Below are positions 23,594-36,000 of a DNA stretch of 64,000 nt, piece after piece; positions within the stretch are counted from its first letter, which is position 1, and every line of letters starts with the position of its first letter. The notes under the pieces were generated by a model. It was not told the origin of the DNA and searched no databases. It saw nothing but the letters and a program-made list of their open reading frames with translations. The DNA comes from Camelus ferus (taxonomy: Eukaryota). A program made the position numbers and the translations under genes. The stretch spans positions 29,576,001 to 29,640,000 of the forward strand of contig NC_045696.1 of NCBI RefSeq assembly GCF_009834535.1. The letters are read 5' to 3'.

Positions 23594-25722
23594 TCAAAGG
23601 CAATAAATTTTACATATACTCTAGAAAATACGGTCATTTTGGAAAGTTCTACTACTTAAACATCTTTTGTCTGTCTGACCTTCTAACACAAAATCGGACA
23701 GTTAGTTCTTGAGGGTTGTACTTTAGCTATTTGAAATGTCTTCATTTTAACAAGTAATAAATGACATGCAAATATAATCTTAATTTGTCTTTAGAATATT
23801 AAAGATGGCAATCTGCATATGCTAAACTTCAGTTGCACTTGTAATAATCATATCGAATATTATGAAAGCCAAATAAAAAGTAACTGATTGCATGCCATGT
23901 ACCTTTTATTTCACTTTTTTCTTTATATTTCAGTTATTTCAAGCATAAGATATACCAGCAAATCCATTTTTCTACAAGGTAGATTTTACAATGACAGCAT
24001 AATTGTTTCTACTTTCCACTATTTCTTGCACCTATAAAATTACCCCAAAGTCACATATGTGCACACACACACACATCCTTCTTTTCCTTACTTGAAAATG
24101 TTTTGCTTTAATACTAAATGAAGTGACTCAAAAAGATAGGCATTTTTAAAATCCTTAATACTTACAAATATTTACTAATATGTTTTTAATGTAAGCAAAT
24201 AATCAGAGAAAAAGAAACTTCAGTCTTTTAAAAAAATTAAAAATCAATTTTTTTCATCTTCAAACTTCAATTTGGTAAAATTTTAAAATATGATTTGATT
24301 GCTCTGAGAGTTACATTTCTGTAACATACATAGAAAAGATTCCTATTCTGTTCCAAAGTCTAATTCAGGTCAATACAACTTCCTGTGCACATATTTCAGT
24401 ACATAATTAATACTGGAACAATTACAAATTCACATTCAGAATTAGGGATTCTTAGTTTAAAGGATAACATAAACTCTGTAATTTACAATCTGCTGAAAAG
24501 TTATTACTGCAGGCTTTATTGTTAACTATATCAGGCCTGGTAGAAATATGTATATAAAACTACTGCTCAGATAACATAAATCAAGAATATGCTTAATACA
24601 AAATACAGAGTTTGTGGTTTATTTCTCTATGATGTAGTACATATTACTCTTATGATCAAGTACCAATCTATAGCTTTTATTATTAATTTTATGTCATTAA
24701 CCATTCCTGAATTATTTATGCTCAGAGTACTGGGCAAGGCAATTCAAACACAAACACGAATGAGAGAATCCTTTTCTGCTGAAACATCTCCAAGATCCAG
24801 GTCGTAAGCAGTATTATAGTGTAACATGACAGAGCATGTCAAATATGACAACATTAACATCTATTAAATATAATTAACATTGAATTCTGCAAACATTTAA
24901 TTAATTTTGGTTTCTCGAACTTGACCTCACCATCTTAAGCCATCAAGATCCCTATAGAACTAGAAACTTCAACCATGAGAAACTTTTCCTCTGGCCACAA
25001 TGTGGACTGTCTACCAAAAGCAGAATAATTAAACGTAGTTTATCTTCCTGCCTAGCCATTGGAGCAGGTGAGTAATATGCTGTGAAATGATAAAAAGCAT
25101 TACCTGTAAAAAGAAAATAACAGATTTAAAGTGTTCTGAATCAATAATTTAGCCACACATTATTTGCTCTCCTGGCTGCCCCCATGAAGACAGGGTCTGT
25201 GTCATTAGAGTCCAAAATACAAACACCTAGAACAATATGTCTCACACAGAAAGACACACCATAAATATTTGTCAAATAAGTCACCCAGACAGGAGCTATA
25301 TATACAATGATTCTGAAACAAAATGAGTTCCAGTCACCTTACAAATGGAAGCATTTTTTTCTTAACTGACTAAAATGTACAGGCTATAATCAATGACCAC
25401 TTAACTTAAATTGATAAAAATTCTCTCCTGTAGAAAAGTAATTATGCTTACATATTTATCTACAATTTTGGAAGCCATCAGTTCACACTACTTAAAAATG
25501 AAATTGGAGTAATATCTCAAATTATTATGTTCTATCTTATTCCATTTCTCTTTTCTATGCTATCACTATTACAGGGCAATTTGAGAAGCCTAAAATAAAA
25601 TGCATTTCTATTACATATTTAATCTCTTAACACAAAAAAGGAGACACCTGTAATTAGCTTTTCTAATAAGAGAACAGACTCATTAAAATTTTATCTGAAT
25701 AAAAATCACAGTTCTTACTTAC

Positions 25723-25858
25723 CAAGGTCTTTGATTCTTGGTAGTACATTGCATGTAAAATGTTTATAAGAAGCTATTTTTCCTTCATAGGAAGAAATTC
25801 CCACATGAGATTCATAAATTCTTAGACCTCTTGGCTTCTTTGGTTTGGAATGCTTAAA
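25723..25858 (-). CDS. GBE1: GBE1 exon 5 (136 nt)
   Basis: Ends are ctgtag|TTT AAG ... GAC CTT G|gtaagt. Translation is [45 protein letters not shown](G), containing the GH13 branching-enzyme 'IYESHVG' motif. Confidence 0.98.
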
Positions 25859-26689
25859 CTACAGAATATTAAAATTATATATAGAATTAGATCAAAAATG
25901 CAGGTATGACACTAACAGATTAAGCATGTTAAATGAAAAGATGAAGTAACTCAGTCAAACATTTTGAAACTATTTTCACATATAAAAAGTACTGGCTACT
26001 TCCATTAAATTTTCTTTTGAAAAAAAATCCTTTTTAGGATCATAGTAATAGACCTATTTTAAACGAGTAAGGCATGCAGTGGCTTCTGGCTTATCATTAA
26101 GTGAAGATATATTTTGAGCCTAAGCCTTAGAGAAAACATAATAGCTGTAAAATGCATGTGTAATTTTAAGTGCAAAGTATTTATTAACAAGCTTCAATAC
26201 CTTAAAGGACAGAAATGCGAGCTCAAAGACACCTATAACTCTCATCAATAAGACAGCCTTAAAAATTACTCTAATTAATACATTTATGAGATGTCATCAC
26301 TATTCATTGTTCCTAAGGACACTGATCCTGTTTCAAGCTCATGACAGTGAGAAATATTACACGACTGGAGAATCTTTGACAAATCAGAAATTCTGGTTAA
26401 ATTTTTTTTTTTAATTAGTATCTCTTATAGGTCAGTATGTAGAGATTTAGTTCTCTTTTTCTTCCACAACCTCAGAAACACACAATAAAACAAAAACTCA
26501 CTTTTATATTTTATTGGCTACAGCTGATGGACTCTGACATATGTATAAGCATAATGGACACACTATGATGTAAAATATTAAACCGTTGGTGAAGAGTGAG
26601 GTTGAACGTTGTTGCTAAGTTATAAAAGTAAAAATTAATTTTCCTAGAAGTATTGGAACAAGCATTTATTTCAGATTTGTTGTTCTCAC

Positions 26690-26815
26690 TTTATATGGGT
26701 TTTCTGGATCCCAGTGTGTCCAATCATAATTCACATTACCACCTTCACGAGTCACATACTTCGCCCACGGTGAAATACGATACAAGATCTCTCCACTTTT
26801 ACTCCGAATCACTAC
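26690..26815 (-). CDS. GBE1: GBE1 exon 4 (126 nt, phase 0-0)
   Basis: Ends are ttttag|GTA GTG ... TAT AAA|gtgag. Translation is [42 protein letters not shown]. Confidence 0.98.
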
Positions 26816-27108
26816 CTAAAAAAAGAACGAGATGTTACTGCCTTAAAATACTTTCAAAACTCTAACATAATGCATGATAACTATGACAACTAAGAAAAGG
26901 AGAAAGGATCTTAAGATCTGAACAGTCACCCAGATGTATGACCTTAAAGATATTTAAATTCTATGGACCTTGCTCTCTTCATCAACAATAGTATATGATC
27001 CTTAGTCACTTCCAGCTTGAATATTTTATGATTCTCTGGCAATTTCCATCATTGCCAATCAAGCATTAGAGTGGTTAATTAAAGTAAGCATACCGTAGAT
27101 GGTAAGAA

Positions 27109-27185
27109 TATTAAATAATATTGAACTATTGAATTATTATTATATTATTATTATTGAATTGAATATTGAACATGAATATTATTTG
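27109..27185. repeat. Degenerate AT-rich tandem repeat of a (ta)ttgaa-like unit
   Basis: Reads aatattgaactattgaattattattatattattattgaattgaatattgaacatgaatatt. Confidence 0.75.
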
Positions 27186-28685
27186 GAAGCTACTGCCAAT
27201 AAATCAATCAACAGAAGGAAATAATCCTATTATATTTTTAAAAAGTGATAAGTGAGTTATATCATCTCTTCCTTTCCCTTTTCATAACCATTAATAACAT
27301 TTTCAAGATGCTAAAGGAGAAAACTGGTTTTAACAATTGTATTGTAGACACAGACAGACACCCACTAACTACCCTATGGATATTTTTCACTCTTCAACTT
27401 CCTCTACACCCCTTTCCAAGTATGTTTTACCATACAAAACTAAACATTTTCCCCTTTAACCTTTTATTTTTATATTTGCCAACAGTGTCAGTATTATCAG
27501 TATAAAAAAATAACAGTAAGATGCAAAGGCAATTTTTACTTTTTTAGACTTAGTACTGAGCAGAGAACTTTGAACTTACCAGCAGGGTTAGACAGCAGTG
27601 AGCTACATGAACAGAGCTACCAAATGACTAAAATATAGCTTTTTTAAAAGTTTTCTTTCTTTTTTTTTTTTTTTAAGTAGGAAGAGTAAGACAAAAAAAT
27701 GTTCAGATCAGGAGCCACAGTGTGCTCTCAGCACTGAGAAAGAACATAGTCTTCAGTCTCCTCTAATAGAGAAAAGCTCAAGTATGCATAATTCTTGGTA
27801 ATTAAATATTTGTATAATGCTTTATAGTTTAGAAAGGACTTTTATAGCCATATCTCACTTGACTCAAAAGAATCTTCATAACCCAAATATTAAGTGAGAT
27901 TAAGCGAGTAGCCAGAAGTCACAGATTGGCAGAACCAAACGCTCAGCAGACCTTCTGATATTCACTGTCTTGTTCTTAACAGGCTTCCACAGCACTTCCT
28001 TCAGATATCAAAGAAGAATAAAGCATGATTTAAGATGGAGGGGGCAGGTGAGTGATAAGAAGGAATGTTTAACTCACATGAACTCAATTTTATCTCCTTC
28101 ATTATGCCTCCCACTTATTAAAGACAATCATAGCTAAGTGTGCAATTGTTCAAAAAATTACCACAAAAGCATGAATGAAGAGGATCAACCCATTTCAGGA
28201 GGATTTTATCCTCCCCCCTCCCCAAATGTCCTTTAAGGCACCTAAATTTCCAGTATAATACACAACAGTGATATATTTGAGAAATATATTTTGCTCACCC
28301 ATTCACCCAGAACAGGCTACAGGGAAATAAAGTACTAGAAATCAGATTTCCATGAATAACACCCTGCCTAATCCATCTACCTTTCCTCTCTTTTGCAAAT
28401 GGCGCTACAACTCCTCTGAAGGATGATCATAAACCAATAATTATTTCTGAAGGTGTCTGTTGGCAGAGAGAATATTTGAAACTTTAAGTAAAGAACATGA
28501 AGAATCTCCTCATGCCGGATATAATTTCCACATTCTTTGGAACATTAATTTATTTATCTTGACATACACATGAATGTCATTAGAGGCTATTGAGTGGTGG
28601 GAGTTGGAAAGAAAAGTCCTTCTATGGGTCTTTCTCAAACCTACATATTTTGGGGGGTATACCAAGAATACAAGGCCCTGACTAT

Positions 28686-29065
28686 TGTTGACAGGGGCCA
28701 TTTCTCAGGGTTGTGTGTATAGCAAGCAACCCTGAGGAATGAGACAATGTCTCCCTGGAAGACAATGGATAGGGTTCCTTACTGTTTGCCATAGAAGAAT
28801 GGATTCCCCAAGGTAAATATTCTTCAGCTATGAGGCAAACTAATCATGCACATAGCATCCATCTAGACCATACAGTGTCACCTTTATAAGACTTGGAAGA
28901 CTAGGGGAACTGGTACGAGTAAGACGCTCATACTGTGCCATGAGTAATAAAGTCATTTGTCTTGGACTCAGGAGTCCTGTGCTTTCTGCCAGAATCCATG
29001 AAATAGTAAGAGGTTAATTGAGGAGCCTGAAGGTACAGTAAAAGAAAGTCCTACACCTGACAACA
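28686..29065 (+). mobile_element. Solo ERV LTR (ERVL-type, MER68/MER77-like)
   Basis: It has TGTTG...CAACA inverted termini and an internal 'agtaataaagtc...gactcaggagtc' polyA region. The flanks gactat (28680-28685) and gactgt (29066-29071) look like a TSD with one mismatch. Confidence 0.75.
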
Positions 29066-31499
29066 GACTGTTTACTCATTCCTGAATGACTTCAGTATTT
29101 TTGTTACCAAAAGTTCTACTTCATTTTTTATTAGTGTTTTCTATTAGACTTTTCTATTAATCATTTCTTCTTGGATTGGAAACTTTAATTATCCAATTCT
29201 TTTATTGTCTCTTAGTAATAAAATTAGAGCCTGGATCCTTGAATGATATGTAGAAAAAAGCTTCCTACCGAATCTGGACGCTTAACTGTAATCATTACAT
29301 AAAAGGTAAATTAATTCCTCTCTTCTTGAGGCCCCTGAATTTTGGAGGTATTTTTGTTACAGTAGTTTAGACTCACCTAACCAATACATTTGCCTGCAGT
29401 AGCCACCTTACCTCACCTTTGATTTGCTGTTCCTAAATGACTGTGATAACCAAATAAGAGTATTATACAAAATCTAAATAAATCAAACTTGAGAGACAGT
29501 CTAATGAGTAAAGAATATAACCTTCTTAGACTAAACTTTGCTCATAAAACTTTTTTGGGGGGCAGCAAAGGGGAGAAATGAGGGTACTTCCTCAATTTGT
29601 ACTCTCTCAAGTTCAGATTCAGATAAAAGATTTCTTAAGATGAGATAAAACTTTATGCCATTTAATTTATAACCTCAAAATACCACATGCTACATAGAAA
29701 ACTAAAAAGAAAGAACTAGCTTGACTGATCTTTCAAAGATAGTAAGTCTAATCACTGATGGGTAGAAGAGGTCACCTGATACTACCAAACCGGAAGTCTC
29801 ATTCACTACTAGTATGATATAAAATAGTAGGAATATTCTAAATAGCAATTTGGCAATGTGAACCAAAAATTTAAAAAAAGTAATTCTCAGTAATTCAGCA
29901 ATTCTAATTACAGACATTTGCGCTGTGGAAATAATCAGAGATAGGTCCAAAGAACTATATCCTTACCTCTTACTCATAGTGTTACTTTTACTAGCAAAAA
30001 GTGAATGACAGAATAGTGCATGCTTATTAAAAATTACACTATTTAATTACACTGAAAGTTGAAAGAAAATTCTTTCAAGTTATAAAAAAGAATGTACTGT
30101 ATCTTCCTAATACAAATACACACAAACTCACAGACTAAAGTATTTAAAAATAGAAAAGATATTGAGATGGATAGCTATGCATAGAGAATTATTAGTAGCT
30201 TTTATTTTCCAGTTGTATCTTTCTGCAGTGTTATCACTTCATTTCACATATAGAGCCCCTATAATCAGAAAAAAATAAGTATCTTAGTAAGGACTGCAAA
30301 TAGATGAACTGCATAATTGTACGCACATTTGTGGAGCTGTGCTACTCAAGCCGCATTATATAGACATGTGCCTTAAATATACTGACCCTATTAAAAACTG
30401 AACTTTTAAAAGTATGTGAATATCACTACATATCACTGTAATAAAAAAATACATCAAATCACATTAAAGGGATAGACTAATGAAAATATGATGAATTTTT
30501 ATAGAGCAAATTGATAATTTGCAAAATTATAACATTTGTAACACAGTAAAATGTAATTAGGCCCCTTTTAAAATGAGTCCAATTACCTCTTTGACTTATG
30601 GGAGGTTAACATCAAAAGACATTATTAAATTAAATAAAGAAGTCAATAAAATAAACCTCTACCTGTGCAAGAGTCAAATTGACTTAGTGAACTGTGTGAA
30701 GTCAAATTTTATTTAGAAAATGACACTTAAAACTCAAATATACAATATAAGAAACAGCTTGGTAAAACAGTGAAGACCTGAAAAGAAGTGTATGTGTGTG
30801 TGTGTACGTGTGTGTATTCATTCATTCAAAGAATATTTTTTGAAATGCTTCTTGCCAAAGAATATTGTTCCTTTGGACTAGAAAATCACTAAGATAAGAT
30901 GTTCCTCTGCTGGCCAACAATTTTATACAAAAACAGTGGATGTGTTCATCTGGTTAGAAATGTTAGCATACCCTGGAAAATGGTATTGCATGTAACTCTG
31001 GGATTCATGAGTGAATGTATAGCAGACCAAAAGAAAAGCACAGATATTGAAAAATATAATTCAATTTGTCCAGATTATACTACCAAAATCACAACTACAT
31101 GCTACGAAGAAAACTTAAAAAAGAAAAAAAAGGCAGGGCGAAAAAAAGACATTAATAAAGATAACTATTTACTGGAGTACAGGTCAAAGTAAATAACCAA
31201 GCAAAGTCATTTCAAACTTATGAAGCAATGTTATCTCCTCCTCTTTTAAATTGTCTCTAATTTATATTATAGTATCTAATGTAATTGATATTATATGCAA
31301 TATATAAATATAAAAGTATATAAAATAGATAATTGGTATTATATTTTAAAAATAATGGGTATAGCTATACCAACATATTATGCTGAATATTCATTGTTTG
31401 TGTGTTTAAAATGTGACTAAAAATGTACATACATATATATATAAATAGAAAAATGCATATACGTACATATAGAACATAGTACAATTTTAAGTAATTTTT

Positions 31500-31618
31500 T
31501 GGGGGTGATGGGGACAGTTAGGTTTATTTATTTATTTTTAATGGAGGTACTAGGGAATGAACCCAGGACCTCATTCATGATAAGTATGTGCTTTACCAAT
31601 TGAGCTATACCCTCCCCC
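31500..31618 (-). mobile_element. tRNA-derived SINE (Vic-1-like, camelid type)
   Basis: The minus strand reads GGGGGAGGGTATAGCTCAATTGGTAAAGC...GGTCCTGGGTTCATTCCCTAGTACCTCCA (Pol III A and B boxes) followed by a (TAAA)n tail. The TSD caattttaagtaattttt is at 31482-31499 and 31618-31635. Confidence 0.9.
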
Positions 31619-31781
31619 AATTTTAAGTAATTTTTAGAAGTGAGTGGGACAAAAATTAAAAAGAGTGTTAGAAAAAGTAATCAAAAGTTTATATAATTAA
31701 TTAGGAAAACAAGTGAGTGATGTTCCAGAGGAGAATCTGATGGTTCTACCAATGACCAGACGCCTCAAGAAATAAATGTGG

Positions 31782-32010
31782 TTTTTTTTCATTTTAGTTT
31801 TTATTGAAGTGTAGTTGATTTATAATGTTAGTTTCAGGTGTACAGCTAAACAATTCAGTTATCTATACACTTTTTTAACAGATTCTTTCCCATTATATGT
31901 TATTAGAAGAAACTGAATATAGTTCCCTGTGCTACAGAATAGGTCCTTGTTGTTTATCTACTTTATATATCATAATGCATCTCTGTTAATTCCAAACTCC
32001 TAATTTATTC
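31782..32010 (-). mobile_element. LINE-1 3'UTR fragment, sense to GBE1
   Basis: A T-rich tail is followed by 'tttattgaagtgtagttgatttataatg...tttcaggtgtacagc' and 'ttccctgtgcta', the reverse complement of the L1 tails at 8247 and 16090. Confidence 0.9.
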
Positions 32011-32574
32011 TAACTCTGGGCTAAGAAGCTGGAACCCCTGGCTCTTGGGTAGGTCCCCTCCCCTCTCTGGGCCCATTTCTTCATCTGGAGGAGGTTCTTG
32101 CTAGTGCTGACATTCTATTGTATGAAAATGGGCTCCTCTGGTTTCTTTTCACCAGGGACAGTGTCCCCGAGGGGAGGAAAAGCTCAAAGTCAACTGTCTT
32201 AAGTGACTTACCAGCTCTATAAAAACATCAAGTCCAAAAAAATAAAAAATAAAAAGTCTAGATATTTCTATGAATGACCAGAAGCTTGAAGAAATAAACA
32301 TGTGTTTTTAATATTTATAATTAACATAGTATAAACATTATTTTAAATGCATAGATATGATTATTAAAACTTCAAAATACCTTAATATAATTTAAAAAGA
32401 AGCTCTTAAATATTTTAATTCAACTATAATTTTACTACTAATTCCTATTTTTAAAAAAGGACATGCAAGTATAAATTTTTTTTCACAGTTTTGTTTGTCT
32501 GTTATTCCTGCTAGGACCAATTTTATGATTCAGTTAGCTTACTTAAGAAAGAATCTCTTTGCCATTTTGAGATG

Positions 32575-33045
32575 CTGAGAAACAGTCCCGCAGAAGTTGA
32601 TATCCTACTCTCTAGACCATGTAAATAATAATTCATATAGCTAAAAAAAAAAAAGTCTTTGCAGACATAATAAAAGTAAAGATCTTAAAATGGAAAGATT
32701 ATGAAGATTATCCGGGGGCATAGGGGGGCAATCACATATATCCTTATAAAAGGAAGGCAGAGGGATATTTTAACAGAGACAGAAAATCTAAAAAAAGCAG
32801 TATGACCAAGGAGGCAGAGACAGGAGTGATGCAGACACTAGCCAAGGAATGCCAGCAGCCACAAGAAGCTGGAAGTAGAAAGGAACAGATTCTCCCCTAA
32901 GCCTCCAGAGGGCGTATGTCCCTACCAACACTTTGATTTCAGTCCAGTGATACTGATATTTAACTTCTGGTTTCTGAAACTGGTAGAGAAAATATTTGTT
33001 GTTTAAACATACCAAATTTCTGCCACAGCCATAGGAAACTATACA
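32575..33045 (+). mobile_element. MaLR LTR (MLT1C/D-like)
   Basis: It contains 'ccttataaaaggaaggcagaggga', 'gccaaggaatgccagcagccacaagaagctggaag', 'gattctcccctaagcctccagaggg' and the end 'cagccataggaaactataca'. Confidence 0.85.
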
Positions 33046-36000
33046 GCAATTAAAAAAAAAATTAGAGGCAATCACTTTTCTAAGAATAAAATGGAATATA
33101 CTTAAATTTAGTTAAATTTTGTCAATGGCATTAAGAGTTAAAGTTATGTTAATGAGTAGTTTAAATAACACATTGTATCTCTTATTAACTCCCTACTCCC
33201 AGAAAGTAGACAAACATTTCAGTGACCTTCACTAAACAAAATTAAGTCCTTCAACAAGTCCCAGGAAAAGTAAACTCCTTTAGAATAAACATTGCTGAGC
33301 TTTAGAGTTGATAGAAGAGCCTTCAAAAAAAGTGAATTTGTAATACAGCAGTTTTTATTGCTAGCCTACTCCCATGTAATTATTTTCAGGGATTAAACAA
33401 CAACAACAAAAAGTCAGTCTTTACTTGACACAAATAAAAGCACTAAATTTACCATAAGGAAAAGCTAAAGAGCTATTTTTGCTACCCAATAATATACTTG
33501 TTTCATTAAACAGAAATGAGACTATTAATATAATCAGTTGACAATAACAATAATAATGCTTATTGAAGAAATTTCATTCTGCATTTTTTAATTAGGAACA
33601 TCAGAAACACTATCTGATATTAAAAGGTATGTATTTCATGGTGAATTTGAGTTTATATTTCAATTAATGAGAAAAGAAAACTGAGACACTAATAAAAGTA
33701 TCAAGGCAATTTTCTAATAATAATAAGTTCCTGATATATAAATGACCAATCTGTGGATAAACTTTCATAAAACTACATATAATTGACTGGTAAAATTGTA
33801 GCAATTAGGGTCATATATGAGTTATCATTGGCATTAGTGTTGTTTAGCTATTGAGCCTGCTACGTGTACCAAATGAACACAGCCTTTGTTAATTGATTTT
33901 TTTAAATTTTCTTTTAATTTTGTCTGAATATTAAAGTTCATACATTTTAGAGATCTCCATCTTTGTTTCATAATTTACTTCATAATTTTTAATTAATCAA
34001 ACAAACGTATACAAGCCATATAAAATCATCATAAAAAATGGTCACATCCTTGTAATTCCTTTTACATCTACAATATTCAGGGATTGAAGGAGGTAGAAAG
34101 AGATTGAATGACTAGATTAAGACTTTTAAACTCATGTAATGCAATTCTGAACAAGGAAAGGAAAGGAAAAGAAAAAGGCAAAATCCTTGATAGTAGCTTG
34201 ACTAAGAAAACCTAAAAATCAGTTAAGCTTCGAAAGCAATAATCTATTGATGAATTTTCTCTGGTTCCCATTATTTTTGCTTTGTATGAAATGTCTTGCT
34301 TTAAAACATACCATCAGAATTCAGTTTTTTTTTTCTTTAATAAGGAAGAAGATTTTCAAGGCTGAATCCTATAATAGCTTGAATAGGAATAGTTAAGGGA
34401 TTTTGCCAACAAAATGAAGTCACTAATAAAAAAATTAAATTTAAAAAAAAACTTTCCTTAAAAGAAAAGATTAAGCACACTAGCTACAAAAGCTAAATTT
34501 GTTATATGACAAAAACGAGTATCAGATCAAATTATACGAAACGTTGGCATAAAGGATATCAATGTACAGAATAAAAAGAGACTGTTTTTGAGATACAATC
34601 CTCATAGCATTATGCTCCTGATTAACATCAATTGTAGAATTACAGAGATGTAAACATTCACTTCTGTCATGCTTACACACGGGAGAGAAGAAATTGCAAA
34701 ATATTGTCAAAAAGAAATAAACGAAGATCAGTTTGCTTCTTCTAAAAGCAGGTCCTTATTTAGAATGATTTAGAGGGACAGATGCTCCTGTACCTATAAA
34801 AAGGAGTATTACTCCCAAAGGTTTCTATCCCAGTTCCCCAATCTTCTAGTCTAGTTAAGAAGTATTACGACTATACTGCTTTTTTTTCCGTTTCTGTCTT
34901 TTGACTGAGGCAAATCTTTAAAGAAATAAAGAAACAACTAAGTAGAACTGATAAAGTGTTTGCTTCATTTCAAGTACATCACCTGAACAAAAAAACTTAT
35001 AAAGTGAGGTCACTACAGAAAGACAAAATCCAAAGGGATTATGTGAGATTTAGGAAGCAGGCATTGAAAACGATATCCCTGAGCAAGTGAGAGTAACCAC
35101 TCCTAAGTGAAAAGAGTAAGAACAATGTTGAAACGTTGTAATCGGGTAAAGATTGATTAGATGTCTTAACCTAGAAAACAAATGAATTACACATGATATA
35201 AAAATATAGGATTTAAACTTCCAAGATATTGAAAGATCAATAAAGTAATAAAAGAAAAAAGCTGTGAAAAGGGAAAAAAATCAGTGAGTTTTCATTACCG
35301 AAAAAGTGTGCTTCAAAGAGACTCACCCATGTGCAGTGAAGGCTAGAATTCTATTAAGTAAACAGAATTATAATCTGGTATAATGCCAGTAAAAAGATAT
35401 AAGAAGTATTTTTCAAAGTGCTAGAATGGGGGAGGTACTATTGCAGAGGAGTTAAAACTCTCTTTAAAATATTTTATTAAGTATAATTACAAAAGTGCAT
35501 GATGACAAATTGAATGATTTGAAGGAAAAAATTTGATTCCATTAACCAGTCACTCTAAGTGCTACTGCAATGAAGTAAAATAATAAAGTGTTGGGGGCAG
35601 GGGTGGGGATGGTGAATAATTTACCCTTTAGAAGAAATCTAGAGAAATCCAGAGACTAGATACAGAATATGTAATTCTAAAAACCATAATATCTTTTGAG
35701 AAAACATATAATTGTATACATATTATACATTGAGACTAACTCCCAGAATATAATTAATGACTATTAAACAAGGAAACAGTTAATAATGAAAATAATTCAC
35801 AGTAACATTTAAATATTCTTTATAAATTAAGGTCTCATAATACAGAGTACACTGTACTCCATCTCTCTTTACTTTCACAAAAGACATGTATTTTACCAGG
35901 TGCAGGTGGTATTAGGGGAAGGAGAACTACAAATTAAGCATGGATGAATACTGGTAAGGAAATAAGTAGTACACCCACCAAATGAGAAAGTGATTAAACA

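Noticed and set aside
27109..27185. CRISPR-like or structured repeat array
   Set aside because: It is a low-complexity AT-rich slippage repeat with no regular spacers, in a eukaryotic intron.
31540..31618. tRNA gene (also at about 43773-43851)
   Set aside because: The tRNA-like head is followed by SINE tails, one copy has a clear TSD, and the stems are degenerate, so these are SINEs.
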